Shown: positions 36,795-47,523, counted from the stretch's first letter. The stretch is DNA of 64,000 nt from an uncultured Acidobacteriaceae bacterium (GCA_963782835.1 CAWALR010000027.1:75570-139569), one strand, 5' to 3'. Notes: generated from the sequence alone by a model not told the origin. Numbers and translations: made by a program.

Positions 36795-39416
36795 TTACTT
36801 CGGGGCGGTGAGAATGGTTCCGTAGGGATCGATCAGAAGCTTGTGCGTTCCCGGTGGTGCGGACAAGTGAAAAGGAGTTTCCTCGCCGTCAGCGAATACT
36901 CGGCCTAACAGAATTTGAGTTCTGCCGAAGACTGCGTAGATCGGGACCGAGGTCACCAGATTCTCTTCGGCATCTTTTTGCCGAATGATGCCGGTCACGG
37001 TCATGCCGCTTGCTTTCGGGATAAACTTGACGTTCTGCAACTCCAGCCTGGGGAGCGATGTGCCGTTCACCCAACCATCCAAAAACCAGTCCAGCGAAGC
37101 TTTTCCTTCGTAGCGCAACGACGGCGGTAAATCTTCCGCAAAAACTTCCAGCAGGTCGCGGGTGGTGATTGCTTTTCCTTCATAGCGTTCCCGGAGTTTG
37201 TGCAGAGAGCGCACGAAGGGATCCGCTTCGCTATTGTGGTCTGGATCGTTTCGTCTGGCTTCGGTTGCACCATCCTGCATCATCGAACGCAGCATGTGGA
37301 AGAGCCAGGTACCTCGACCGTAGCTGATGGCTTCATAGCCTCCGGGAAAATGAGACGACAGTAGACGGCTGCCCAGAGTTACGGGTCCGGCATCTTTGCG
37401 CACGTTGCCGTCTTTGTTTCTTGCCATCAAATCGTCCCGATATTTTTCCATCACCTGCCGGAAGCCCGCCGGATTCTTCTCCTGCAGGATCATCAGCGCG
37501 GAGTAATTCGCCAGACCTTCAGAAAACCATTGGTCACGATACGTCTCCCATGTGACCAGGTCCCCCCACCACTGGTGCGCTGCTTCATGCGCGGGAACCT
37601 GTTGATCCATCAATTCATGCGAGGCGCCCATGTGGAGCGTTTGGCGCTCTTCTTGCGTCAGGAAAGCGTAGGAGGAAAGAAAGATCAATCCCGGCCAGCC
37701 TTGACTCTCCCGCCCCGGCAACTGGGTCAAAGCCAGTTTGCTATAGGGGAACGGACCGAAGCGTTCGGCGTAGTAATGAATCGCCTGAGCGGTGGACTCT
37801 GCTACGGACATAGCGTTTCTCGCAGGAGAAGGTGCGGCGGCGACCATCGGTGGCAGAGGGATCTTGCGCGGCGTTCGCCCCATCGCAGGCTGCTCGTCTG
37901 TCGGAGGAGGATTGGGGAAGTCGCGTTCCACGCCGATCGTGGCGTAAGTATCGATATCGATATCGCCAGCTTTCGCGGTAGCGCGAACATACTTACCGAG
38001 ATCGAATCCAGCCACCGGGAGTGGTCTTTCTGAAACCCAGCGTCCCACCTGGAAATCGTCTGGCGCACCGTTCGGCAATGGTCTGGATGGGGCTCTTCTC
38101 GCTGGCTCCGGCTTGCCTGTCGCGACCAGCGTCCATTCCGGAGGATAATGAAAGGTAAGATCGAAATCAGACATCGCGAGCCCGCGATTGGGATACCAGT
38201 TTCCCCGAGCACCAACGTAAAGCAAACCTTTGCCAGCATCGGCCAACACTTCTCCACCGTAAACAAAACGGAGTCGGATCTTTTGTCCTTTTCGTACCGG
38301 CTGGGGCAGAATCAACGCGACCATGTCGTTGCCACTGCGGGCCAGCCGTGTGCCCTCGACTGCTGGGTTCTGAATAAACTCCACGGCGTGGCCGTCCGCT
38401 TCTACTCTTTGAATCTTCAGAAAGCGCGACAATTCGAACACCACGAACCGCGAGCCATCGTGCAAGACTTCGAGATCGAGTTCAACGTCTGCGTCGAGTT
38501 GCTTGGGCGGTTTTACCTGTGCGTCGATGGTGTAACTGCGCACGAAAATCGGATCTTCGCGGGTGACTGTTTCTGCTGGCACTGCCTCTTGAGTCTGCCG
38601 GAGGGCCGAATGTCCCGAGCCTGCATCGTCGGTTGAAAACGAGGTCCAGACATCGTAGTAGATCGTTCCATCCCCGGCGGTCTTGGTCTGGCCCACCTCC
38701 ACTTGTTCTCCCGCGGCCGAATCGTAGAGCACGTCAAAGACGCCAAGCGTGTTTCCTTGCAGACGAGCGTGCAGCATGCGATCCGCTGGATCTGACGTGC
38801 TCGGGTGGGGTGGATCCTTGGAGGCGGGCCCAGTCTCCGGAAGCGCGTCGCTGAAGCTTGCCAGCAATCTCATGGCATCCACTTGCGCCATGCTGCGCGC
38901 GGTTTCATCCCACCGGGTGACGAAGCCCTCGGCGTCCTCCGGCGCCCTCAGGCCAGAATGCAGCTCTGCGCCCGTGTCATCGTTGAAGCGAAAATAGGCA
39001 GTCGAAAAGCGCCCTTCGAGGATTGCCATCCCGGTGAACAGGCTCATGGACTTTCGTTCCACCTCGTTGGGAGGAACCAGCAGCACTTCGCCATCACCCT
39101 CGAAAAACGCTCCTGTGATCCTGCCCAATACGTCTCGGGTGAAGGCGATCGTGCCATCTTCCAGGGTGATATGGATCGAAGGACGATCCAGCGAACCGTC
39201 GCGCACCCGAAAAACTCGCGCCGGATCGAGACCGACACTGCTGAGTTGCAGGTAGACCGACTCTGCCGGTCCGGGTGCATGCGTCTGTGTGGAGGGTGAC
39301 TGCGCAGTGTCTGCGCGAGCATACGGCAAAACGGCCAAGCCTATGGCTATGACCAGCGGCATGGCAATCCGGCACGGCACCGACAGTACCTTGGTTACGT
39401 AGGGGTGAGCGCCCAC
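36795..39416 (-). CDS. Secreted M1-family (aminopeptidase N-like) zinc metallopeptidase
   Basis: The gluzincin motif HEAAHQWWGD is followed by WFSEGLANY. There is a signal-peptide-like N-terminus (alternative start at 39362). Confidence 0.8.
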   Translation of the reverse strand: MGAHPYVTKVLSVPCRIAMPLVIAIGLAVLPYARADTAQSPSTQTHAPGPAESVYLQLSSVGLDPARVFRVRDGSLDRPSIHITLEDGTIAFTRDVLGRITGAFFEGDGEVLLVPPNEVERKSMSLFTGMAILEGRFSTAYFRFNDDTGAELHSGLRAPEDAEGFVTRWDETARSMAQVDAMRLLASFSDALPETGPASKDPPHPSTSDPADRMLHARLQGNTLGVFDVLYDSAAGEQVEVGQTKTAGDGTIYYDVWTSFSTDDAGSGHSALRQTQEAVPAETVTREDPIFVRSYTIDAQVKPPKQLDADVELDLEVLHDGSRFVVFELSRFLKIQRVEADGHAVEFIQNPAVEGTRLARSGNDMVALILPQPVRKGQKIRLRFVYGGEVLADAGKGLLYVGARGNWYPNRGLAMSDFDLTFHYPPEWTLVATGKPEPARRAPSRPLPNGAPDDFQVGRWVSERPLPVAGFDLGKYVRATAKAGDIDIDTYATIGVERDFPNPPPTDEQPAMGRTPRKIPLPPMVAAAPSPARNAMSVAESTAQAIHYYAERFGPFPYSKLALTQLPGRESQGWPGLIFLSSYAFLTQEERQTLHMGASHELMDQQVPAHEAAHQWWGDLVTWETYRDQWFSEGLANYSALMILQEKNPAGFRQVMEKYRDDLMARNKDGNVRKDAGPVTLGSRLLSSHFPGGYEAISYGRGTWLFHMLRSMMQDGATEARRNDPDHNSEADPFVRSLHKLRERYEGKAITTRDLLEVFAEDLPPSLRYEGKASLDWFLDGWVNGTSLPRLELQNVKFIPKASGMTVTGIIRQKDAEENLVTSVPIYAVFGRTQILLGRVFADGEETPFHLSAPPGTHKLLIDPYGTILTAPK

Positions 39417-39436
39417 AATTGCTAGAATGCGCTTGA

Positions 39437-40861
39437 ATGGGGCTTCGTGTCACTACATTCGCAATCGTGTGCCTGGGGTTGATCCCCGTTGCGGCGTCGG
39501 CGGACACGATCCATTTAAAGAACGGCCGCACCATCCTCGCCGATCACGTTCGGGAAAGTGGCAACCGTTACGAATACGACATCGGGGATGACACTTATGC
39601 CATTCCCAAGAGTTCTGTAGAACGAGTTGAGGCCGGCGGCATGCCTGCCAGCACCGCTCCCTCAGGAGGCAAGACTGCGGGAGCGCTGATCACTTTCACG
39701 CCGAACGACAGTCTTGCGAATGAGGGCGATCTTCCCAAAGTCATTGTTAAGGATGGGAAGGTTGATGCCGACGCTCTTACCAAACTTGAAGGCAAAGGAA
39801 ATGCCGAGCTGAGCGCAACGGCGGACTTTATTGCCGGCAAGTTCGAATTTGACCACGGCAACATCGACCAGGCTCGCCGCTATTTCGATAGTGCCCTCCG
39901 CTTTCAGCCGGAAAATTCTACTGTCCTTATTTACTATGCAGCCCTGCTGGTGCGCACCGGGAATCCTTCGCAGGCTCTGCCGTATGCCCAACGAGCCGTG
40001 AACGCAGCGCCCGATTCGCCTGATGCATACACCGTTCTGGGCTATGCGCAGCAGGCTTCCGACCGTACCAAGGACGCTGTCGCTTCATGGAAGCACTCCC
40101 TAGAACTGCGTCCCGATCCGACGGTTCAGCAATATCTGGAAAAAGCGCAGCGCGAACAGAATGTGGAGACCGACTTTACGCAGCGCGAAAGCAGTCATTT
40201 TGTCCTGCACTATGAGGGCAAGCAGACTTCGGAAGCGTTCCGTGGACAAGTCTTGACTGCGCTCGAATCGGACTACGATGACCTATCCCGCGATCTCGGC
40301 ACGCCACCGCACGACAGCATTCTGGTTACGCTCTACACTGAACAAGCCTTCTTTGACGTTACCCGCGCGCCCTCCTGGTCGGGAGCGCTGAACGATGGCA
40401 AACTCCGCATTCCTGTCAGCGGCCTGAGTTCGATGACTCCCGAGTTAGCCCGGGTTCTGAAGCATGAACTGGCTCACTCGTTCATCAACCAGCTCTCTGC
40501 GGGCAGATGTCCACCCTGGCTGCATGAGGGAATCGCGCAGCTTCTGGAACCGAAGTCTTTGGGTAGCGATGGACACCAGTTGGCGCGACTTTTCAAGGCC
40601 CAGCAAAACATTCCCCTGAATGTTCTGGAAGGCAGCTTCATGCGCTTCTCGGGCGTTGAGGCTTACGTGGCCTATGCGGAATCGCTGGCAGCAGTCTCCT
40701 ACATCAATGATTCTTATGGGATGGGCGACATCCAGCGGATTCTGCAGCGCCTGAGCGAAGGTAGTTCCACCGAAGCCGCACTTCGTGCCACCGTTCACTC
40801 CGATTACGGTCAGCTCGAGTCGGATCTAGCCAAATACCTGAGTGATAAGTACGGCGACTAG
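39437..40861 (+). CDS. Secreted TPR-repeat protein with C-terminal MA-clan zinc-peptidase-like domain
   Basis: A signal peptide and TPR-like repeats are followed by HELAHSF plus a downstream HEGIAQLLE. Confidence 0.6.
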   Translation: MGLRVTTFAIVCLGLIPVAASADTIHLKNGRTILADHVRESGNRYEYDIGDDTYAIPKSSVERVEAGGMPASTAPSGGKTAGALITFTPNDSLANEGDLPKVIVKDGKVDADALTKLEGKGNAELSATADFIAGKFEFDHGNIDQARRYFDSALRFQPENSTVLIYYAALLVRTGNPSQALPYAQRAVNAAPDSPDAYTVLGYAQQASDRTKDAVASWKHSLELRPDPTVQQYLEKAQREQNVETDFTQRESSHFVLHYEGKQTSEAFRGQVLTALESDYDDLSRDLGTPPHDSILVTLYTEQAFFDVTRAPSWSGALNDGKLRIPVSGLSSMTPELARVLKHELAHSFINQLSAGRCPPWLHEGIAQLLEPKSLGSDGHQLARLFKAQQNIPLNVLEGSFMRFSGVEAYVAYAESLAAVSYINDSYGMGDIQRILQRLSEGSSTEAALRATVHSDYGQLESDLAKYLSDKYGD

Positions 40862-40943
40862 ATAAGAGCTTTCCAATGTGCGGCAAGACTCGTTTGCCCG
40901 CCGTCCACTCTTGTGCTAGCTTCAGCTTTGCCTTTCGCCCTGA

Positions 40944-41705
40944 ATGTGCGCTCTATTCCAGCCTCGGGTGCCCGATCCTCCGCCATCCCTGGAGCCTGCC
41001 ACGAACCAGTTTCCGAAGATTCAGGGCGGGGACATTGCCGCCTCCACTTACGGTAAGCGAGTCGCCGGAGATTTCTACGACTCCTTGCGAGTCGGCCCAG
41101 AACGCGTCCTATTTGGATTGCTTGACGTGGCAGGGCGCCGCGCAAGCAACCAGGCAATCCTTTCGGCGGCTCAGAACGCGTTTCGAACTCTCGGCGCCGA
41201 ACTTTTCTCCCGGCCCGACTTCAACGAAGCCGACGCCATGACGGAACTGTGTATTCGTCTCAATCGCGACTTGATGGAAGCAGCCAGGGGCGTTTGCTCG
41301 TGCCCCGCATTCATTGGCTGCTACAACGAACAATTCGGTACTCTCTGCTACACCAACGCCGGACACACTCCTGCGTTGCTGGGCGATAGTAAGGGCGCCG
41401 TGGAACTGAATTCCACTGGTTTGCCGCTTGGATTGTTCTCCCACGCCACCTGCGAAGCTCCTACCGTCGGCTTGGCGAAACGCGCGGTTCTGCTTGTGGT
41501 TTCGCGCGGAGTGGTGGAAGGCCACAGCAAAACCGACAAAAATGAAGACTTTGGCTTGGAACGGGTGAAGCAGTGCCTTCTGGCCCAGACTTCGCAAAGC
41601 GCCCAAGCCTGGTGCGCGTCCATTTTGAAGGCAGTGGGCGAGTTCACGAGCGAACCGCTGATTGCTGAAGATATGAGCGTTCTAGCGTTTGTGCGCGATC
41701 CTTAA
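40944..41705 (+). CDS. PP2C/SpoIIE-family protein phosphatase
   Basis: Has the GDFYD motif (RVAGDFYDSL), NAGHTPALL, and a C-terminal acidic segment ending AEDMSVLAF. Confidence 0.7.
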   Translation: MCALFQPRVPDPPPSLEPATNQFPKIQGGDIAASTYGKRVAGDFYDSLRVGPERVLFGLLDVAGRRASNQAILSAAQNAFRTLGAELFSRPDFNEADAMTELCIRLNRDLMEAARGVCSCPAFIGCYNEQFGTLCYTNAGHTPALLGDSKGAVELNSTGLPLGLFSHATCEAPTVGLAKRAVLLVVSRGVVEGHSKTDKNEDFGLERVKQCLLAQTSQSAQAWCASILKAVGEFTSEPLIAEDMSVLAFVRDP

Positions 41706-41856
41706 ACTGGACCGCGGCAACGCGGCAAATTGATCACGCATCGAAACTTGGTATCGGGTAGCTTCGAATCTGGTTGGAAGTAGTAAAATATCGAAAAGGC
41801 CGTAGCCCACTTTCGCCCGCAAGCCCAGGCAGTGTGGCGGCCCACCCAAAAATCCT

Positions 41857-43044
41857 ATGAAAAGAATGCTTCTGATCCTCGTTGGTATGTCCCTGGTGCC
41901 AGCTTTCGCGACGGGGCAAGTCGTGGAAGAAATTGTCGCGCGCGTGAACAGCCAGATCATCACTCGGTCGGAATTCCTCCGGAGCAAGGATCAGCTCAAA
42001 GATGACGTGAAACAGCAGGATCCAGCGAACGCGGACAAAGTGTTCAGCGAGCGTGAGAAAGACATCCTGCGCGACCTGATCGACCAGCAGCTCCTTCTGG
42101 AAAAAGGCAAGGACCTGGGATTTACCGGTGACACCGAGTTGGTTAAGCGTCTCGACCAGATGCGCAAGGACATGAAGCTGGAGAGCATGGAGGACCTGGA
42201 AAAGGCCGCGACCGCCCAGGGTATTTCCTACGAAGATTTCAAGCAGAACATGCGCAACCAGATCATTACCCAGAAGGTAATAGGCGACCAGGTCGGCTCC
42301 CACCTGAGTATCACCACCGATGAGCAGCAGAAATTCTACGACGAGCACAAGAATGAAATGGCCCGCCCAGAGGAAATCCGGTTGAGCGAGATCCTGATTG
42401 CTCCGGAGAAACCGGTGGACAAGCCCGCTTCTAACGTGCCGGAAAATAATGCCGCCGATCCTGCCGCAGCCGGGGCCGACAGCGCAAAGAGTCAGGACCC
42501 TGCAAATGATGCCGCAGCCAAGCAGGCGGCGGAGGCTGCAGTTCTAGCTGCGGCCGAAGCCAAAGCCAACGACGTGCTCAAACAGATCCGTGGCGGCGCA
42601 AGCTTTGAAGATGTAGCCAAGAAGAATTCCGCGGGTCCTTCGGCCGGGCAAGGCGGAGATCTCGGGGTGTTCAAGCGTGGAACGCTCGCCAAGGAACTTG
42701 AGGACAAGACTTTCGCCATGAAGGCTGGCGAGGTCACCGACGTGATCCGCACCAAGCAAGGCTACGTAATCTTGAAGGTCACCGAACATCAGATGGCGGG
42801 TATTCCTCCCATGAAAGATATCGAGCCCAAGATTATGGACGCTCTCTACTACGAGAAGCTGCAGCCGGCGCTGCGAGCGTACCTGACCAAGTTGCGCGAA
42901 GAGGCCTACATCGATGTTAAAGAGGGATACACAGACTCCGGCGCCAGCCCGAACCAGACCAAGCCGGTTGAGACCACTGCGGCCAAAGAGAGCGAAGCCA
43001 AGAATCTGAAGAAGAAGAAAAAGAAGGTGTTGGGCGTGCTCTAA
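41857..43044 (+). CDS. SurA-like periplasmic chaperone / parvulin-type peptidyl-prolyl isomerase
   Basis: Has a signal peptide, a SurA N-terminal-like domain (IVARVNSQIITRSEF) and a parvulin domain (GGDLGVFKRGTLAKELEDKTFAMKAGEVTDVIRTKQGYVILKV). Confidence 0.8.
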   Translation: MKRMLLILVGMSLVPAFATGQVVEEIVARVNSQIITRSEFLRSKDQLKDDVKQQDPANADKVFSEREKDILRDLIDQQLLLEKGKDLGFTGDTELVKRLDQMRKDMKLESMEDLEKAATAQGISYEDFKQNMRNQIITQKVIGDQVGSHLSITTDEQQKFYDEHKNEMARPEEIRLSEILIAPEKPVDKPASNVPENNAADPAAAGADSAKSQDPANDAAAKQAAEAAVLAAAEAKANDVLKQIRGGASFEDVAKKNSAGPSAGQGGDLGVFKRGTLAKELEDKTFAMKAGEVTDVIRTKQGYVILKVTEHQMAGIPPMKDIEPKIMDALYYEKLQPALRAYLTKLREEAYIDVKEGYTDSGASPNQTKPVETTAAKESEAKNLKKKKKKVLGVL

Positions 43045-43107
43045 GCTGAAGAGCGCTGCAGTTTGCCTCGCTTGCTTCAGCGCGGTCTCGGTCTCTGGTT
43101 TACACTC

Positions 43108-44190
43108 ATGGAGAGAATGAAGGACTTCTACATCAGCGAGTGTACACGCCACGAAAACAAGATCATCACTTCCAGCTTTGTCGTAGTTTCGAAGCAAATC
43201 AAGCCCAAGAAAACCGGCGAGCCGTATCTCGCCTTAACTCTCGGCGACCGCAGCGGACAGCTTGAAGCAAAAATGTGGGACAACGTGGAAGAAGTCCTCA
43301 ACATCTTCGAGCAGGACGATTTCCTCAAGATCAAAGGTCTGGTCAACAAGTACAAGAACCGTTTCCAGCTCACCATCCACAAGCTGCGAAAGCTGGGCGA
43401 CTCAGAGATCGAATTCGCAGACTATCTTCCGAAGACCACCAGAAACATCGACGAACTCTGGCAGGCACTGAGCGATTTTGTCGGCACCTTTCAGAATCCT
43501 CATCTGAAAGCACTGGTGCAAGCGTTCATGTCCGATCCGGAGATCGCCGCTGCGTATCGCAACGCTCCCGCCGCGAAGACGTTGCATCACGCCTATATTG
43601 GCGGACTGCTCGACCACGTTGTCTCCCTGTTTCGTTCCTGTGACCTGGTTTGCCGCAACTATCCACAGGTGAATCGCGACTTGGTGCTGACCGGCGTCTT
43701 TCTGCACGACATCGGGAAGATTCACGAGCTTGCCTACAACCGTTCGTTTTCCTACACCACTCGCGGACAGCTGCTGGGACACATGATCATTGAGCTCGAG
43801 ATGTTGCAGGGCAAGCTTGCGCTGGTTCCGGATTTCCCAAACGAACTGAAGATTCTGCTAGAGCACCTCATCATCAGCCATCACGGGGAATACGAATTTG
43901 GCTCGCCCAAGTTACCCATGTTTCCGGAGGCACTCCTTCTTCACTACATGGACGATCTGGACTCGAAGATGGAGGCGATGCGCGCGCAGTTTGAGCGTGA
44001 AGCCGATCTTGAGAGCCCCTGGACCAGCTACAACGCTTCGCTCGGGCGCCCGCTTCTAAACTCCTCGAAATTTCTTGCGCCCAAGGCCCCCACGTCATCA
44101 GAGGATTCTTCTTCTTCCCCTGAGCCGGAAGCGGAACCGATCAGTGAATCCCGCGAGAAAGCTCCCACGCTGCCCGGGTTTGAATCTTAG
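43108..44190 (+). CDS. YhaM-like 3'-5' exoribonuclease (OB-fold plus HD domain)
   Basis: The OB-fold N-terminus (FVVVSKQIKPKKTGEPYLALTLGDRSGQLEAKMW) is followed by an HD domain (HHAYIGGLLDHV, FLHDIGK, ISHHGEYEFGSP). Confidence 0.75.
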   Translation: MERMKDFYISECTRHENKIITSSFVVVSKQIKPKKTGEPYLALTLGDRSGQLEAKMWDNVEEVLNIFEQDDFLKIKGLVNKYKNRFQLTIHKLRKLGDSEIEFADYLPKTTRNIDELWQALSDFVGTFQNPHLKALVQAFMSDPEIAAAYRNAPAAKTLHHAYIGGLLDHVVSLFRSCDLVCRNYPQVNRDLVLTGVFLHDIGKIHELAYNRSFSYTTRGQLLGHMIIELEMLQGKLALVPDFPNELKILLEHLIISHHGEYEFGSPKLPMFPEALLLHYMDDLDSKMEAMRAQFEREADLESPWTSYNASLGRPLLNSSKFLAPKAPTSSEDSSSSPEPEAEPISESREKAPTLPGFES

Positions 44191-44219
44191 CCTCCGTACC
44201 AGAAGGTTGCGATCACCCC

Positions 44220-44924
44220 ATGCTCGACTTCAGCCGATTCGAAATGCTTACCTTCGATTGCTACGGAACTCTTATCAACTGGGAAGAGGGAATCCTTCGT
44301 TGCCTGCACTTGATTCTCACGGCTCACGGCAAGGACATCGACGACGCGACCATCCTCAAGTTTTATGGAGACTTTGAAGCCCATGCCGAGGAAGGCGAAT
44401 ATCGCATCTATCGTGAAGTACTCGAGTCAGTCGTACGGCAATTTGGGGAACGACTTGTCTTCACGCCCACGGACCGGGAATGTCATTTACTGCCTGAATC
44501 GCTCAAAGAATGGAAGCCGTGGCCTGACACCGTCGAGGCGCTTCGTAAGCTGCAGAGTCGCTTCCGGCTTGCTGTGATTTCCAATGTGGATGACGATCTT
44601 TTCGCTACCACTCGGCCTAAGCTGGAAGTGGAGTTCAGCCACGTCATCACTGCGCAGCAGGCGCGAGCCTACAAGCCATCACTCAAGATTTTCGAGCTCG
44701 CCTTAAGTCGTATCGGCGCTCCCGCGCACCAGGTCCTGCACGTGGGACAAAGCCTCTATCATGATGTAATCCCGGCTCAGTCGCTGGGTTTAGCGACGGT
44801 TTGGGTCAACCGGCCATCGGCGAGAAGAGGCGTAGGTGCCGTCAAGATAGCCGAAGCGGTTCCAGACTTGGAGGTTCGTAGCCTCGCGGAATTAGCTGAC
44901 GCTTCTGCACAATCCCGGTCTTGA
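44220..44924 (+). CDS. HAD-superfamily hydrolase, haloacid dehalogenase type II-like
   Basis: Has HAD motif I (FDCYGTLINWE), ISNVDDD, AYKPS and VGQSLYHDV. Confidence 0.75.
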   Translation: MLDFSRFEMLTFDCYGTLINWEEGILRCLHLILTAHGKDIDDATILKFYGDFEAHAEEGEYRIYREVLESVVRQFGERLVFTPTDRECHLLPESLKEWKPWPDTVEALRKLQSRFRLAVISNVDDDLFATTRPKLEVEFSHVITAQQARAYKPSLKIFELALSRIGAPAHQVLHVGQSLYHDVIPAQSLGLATVWVNRPSARRGVGAVKIAEAVPDLEVRSLAELADASAQSRS

Positions 44925-44944
44925 TCTGACCGGGCAGAGGAGTC

Positions 44945-45619
44945 TTAGGCTGGGACCTTCACGACTCGCTTCTGAATCGCCCACATCACCAGTTCGGCTT
45001 TGTTGTGGATGCCCAGCTTCCGCATAAGATTGAACTTGTGGGCATCTACGGTCTTGCTGCTTACGCCCAAGTCTGTTGCCGCTCCGCGTACTGTTTTACC
45101 TTCCGCCAACAACTTTAAGACTTGTCGCTCCCGAGTCGTCAGCGCGCTTTCTCGCGGTGGGGCTGATTCGACCGCGCGACGTAGTTCGTCTGCCGATTGT
45201 GGTTCCGAATCTTCCCGATGGCAAACGCTCCGAACCATCTTGACCAGCTGTTCCACGGAGGTTTGGCGGGCCGCCGGACATTCGATAACGGTTTTCAGGT
45301 CATCGAATGCGGAACCGGGGCGTTCCTCCTCGTTCAGAAGCACCAGTTTGGTATGGACAGATTCGCGGGCGACCAGCAGCTCCGCTTCAGAGGCGGAAAG
45401 GCCGAAAGTGTTGATCTCCGCGATAACCACATCCGGCCGACTCTCAAAAATCCTTCGCAGGCATTCGGCCGCATCGCCGGCCTCGCCCGTAACTTCGAAG
45501 TCAGGCTCGTCCTCAAGCAAGCGCCGTAGACCTTGCCTTAACAGAACATGATCATGCGCGAGCAAACACCGAATTTTTCTACCCGATATATGGTTTAGCA
45601 TCTGTGCGGGGGGACACAC
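44945..45619 (-). CDS. LuxR/NarL-family regulator with a degenerate (probably non-phosphorylatable) receiver domain
   Basis: The GTG start follows AAGGAGG. The C-terminal HTH is LTTRERQVLKLLAEGKTVRGAATDLGVSSKTVDAHKFNLMRKLG. The receiver has AHDH instead of DD, and VVIAEINTFG where the phospho-Asp is expected. Confidence 0.75.
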   Translation of the reverse strand: MCPPAQMLNHISGRKIRCLLAHDHVLLRQGLRRLLEDEPDFEVTGEAGDAAECLRRIFESRPDVVIAEINTFGLSASEAELLVARESVHTKLVLLNEEERPGSAFDDLKTVIECPAARQTSVEQLVKMVRSVCHREDSEPQSADELRRAVESAPPRESALTTRERQVLKLLAEGKTVRGAATDLGVSSKTVDAHKFNLMRKLGIHNKAELVMWAIQKRVVKVPA

Positions 45620-45841
45620 AGCTCCTCCTTATTTATTTTGGCCAGAGAACTTGCGAAGTGACGCGGACTACGGAAAATGGCGTTACGAGCAGAACGCTCA
45701 AATACCGAATAGTGATTGTAGCAATCATTCGTCTGGTTGTGCACGGGAAAGTGAAATTTCGCCACATCCTGCGCCCGCGCAGCCGGACTTCTTTCAGAGC
45801 TTACAACAGAGGTGCGCCGTATCAGGTAGAATCGACCACTT

Positions 45842-47014
45842 ATGCTGCGCTACTTTACAGCCGGAGAATCTCACGGCGAAGCTCTGGTTGCATTCCTTTC
45901 GGGCGTGCCGGCCGGGCTCAAGGTGGACCAGGCATTTATCGACCGCGAACTCTGGCGACGCCAGCAGGGCTATGGCCGCGGCGGGCGCATGAAGATTGAA
46001 CGGGATGCCTCGCACATCCTCTCCGGCGTGCGGCATGGGATGACGATTGGTTCGCCGATTTCTATCCAACTCGAAAATAAAGATTGGAAAAATTGGCAGG
46101 AGTCCTTGCCCGTGGGCGAAGGTGATCCCGCTCGTCACAAGCGCGTGGCGTCTCCGCGGCCCGGACACGCCGACCTGGCCGGCGCTCTCAAATACAATTT
46201 TCCTGAGGCTCGCTATGTCCTGGAGCGCGCCTCAGCTCGCGAATCGGCGGCTCGCGTCGCAGTGGGAGCAATCGCCAAGGCTTTCTTGCGTGAGCTGGGC
46301 ATGTACGTTCTCAGCCACGTGGTCGCAGTAGGCAATGTCACCATTCAAAAAGGAGTTCCTTGGGAGCAGATTAACGCGCTTTACAAGCAGGAAGAAATCC
46401 TGCTGAATTGTGCTGATCCGGAAATTGAGCAGCGCATGAAAGAGGAAGTCGACAAAATACTCAAGACCGGGGATTCGTTGGGAGGAGTCTTCGAGGTGGT
46501 GGCCCAAAGTGTTCCGCCGGGGCTTGGCACCTACGCGCAGTGGGACGAACGCCTGGATGCTTTGCTGGCTGCTGCGGTCATGTCGCTGCAAGCGGTGAAG
46601 GCGGTTGAAATTGGCTCTGGCGTCGCGGCTGCCGCTTTTCCCGGATCCGCCGTGCACGACGAAATTGGTTACGGCAAGCCGGCAGTGTTTACCGCATTTA
46701 CTCGCACGCGAAACAATGCTGGAGGAATTGAGGGCGGGGTTTCCAATGGCGAAGAGATCCGCGTGCGCGGCTACTTGAAGCCTATCTCGACTTTGCGGCG
46801 CCCGCTCCAGTCGGTCGATTTCTCCACTCGCGAACCGGTACGGGCTGCGTACGAGCGCTCGGACGTCTGCGTTGTTCCGGCTGCCGGAGTCGCGGCCGAA
46901 GCTATGGTTGCCCTTACGCTGGCGCGCTGCGCGCTCGAGAAATTCGGCGGCGACTCGATGGGAGAAACCTTGCGCAACTTCCAGGGTTACCGCCAGCAAC
47001 TGGAAAGTTACTGA
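45842..47014 (+). CDS. aroC: Chorismate synthase
   Basis: Contains MLRYFTAGESHGEALV, RPGHADLAG and NAGGIEGGVSNGE. Confidence 0.9.
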   Translation: MLRYFTAGESHGEALVAFLSGVPAGLKVDQAFIDRELWRRQQGYGRGGRMKIERDASHILSGVRHGMTIGSPISIQLENKDWKNWQESLPVGEGDPARHKRVASPRPGHADLAGALKYNFPEARYVLERASARESAARVAVGAIAKAFLRELGMYVLSHVVAVGNVTIQKGVPWEQINALYKQEEILLNCADPEIEQRMKEEVDKILKTGDSLGGVFEVVAQSVPPGLGTYAQWDERLDALLAAAVMSLQAVKAVEIGSGVAAAAFPGSAVHDEIGYGKPAVFTAFTRTRNNAGGIEGGVSNGEEIRVRGYLKPISTLRRPLQSVDFSTREPVRAAYERSDVCVVPAAGVAAEAMVALTLARCALEKFGGDSMGETLRNFQGYRQQLESY

Positions 47015-47523
47015 TGATTTATCCCATCGTGAAGTTCGGAAATCCTGTTCTCGAAAAGCCCGCCGAAAAAGTTACTGTTTTCGACGAAGAACTGAAAAAG
47101 CTGATCGAGGACATGTTCGAGTCGATGTACGCCGCGCGCGGCGTAGGCCTGGCCGCGCCGCAGATCGGAATCTCACGGCGTATCGCGGTGGTCGATGTGA
47201 CCTTCAAGGAGGATCCGGAAGCCAAACTTGTACTCATCAATCCCGAGATTATCCACAAAGAAGGCCGCCACGCGCAGAGTGAAGGCTGCTTATCTATTCC
47301 CGATTTTCGCGAGAATGTGAGCCGCGCCAAAGAGGTAACCATCCGTGCCCAGGATTTATCGGGAAACGTTTTCGAGAAGACTGGAGATGATCTACTCGCT
47401 CGAGCCTTCCAACACGAGACCGATCATCTGAATGGCAAACTTTACATCAGCCACATTAGCGCCCTTAAGCGCGACCTGATCAAGCGTAAGATTCGCAAGC
47501 TGGTGAAGGCCGGAGAATGGTAG
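47014..47523 (+). CDS. def: Peptide deformylase
   Basis: Contains GVGLAAPQIG, EGCLSIP and HETDHLNG. Its start abuts the aroC stop. Confidence 0.9.
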   Translation: MIYPIVKFGNPVLEKPAEKVTVFDEELKKLIEDMFESMYAARGVGLAAPQIGISRRIAVVDVTFKEDPEAKLVLINPEIIHKEGRHAQSEGCLSIPDFRENVSRAKEVTIRAQDLSGNVFEKTGDDLLARAFQHETDHLNGKLYISHISALKRDLIKRKIRKLVKAGEW

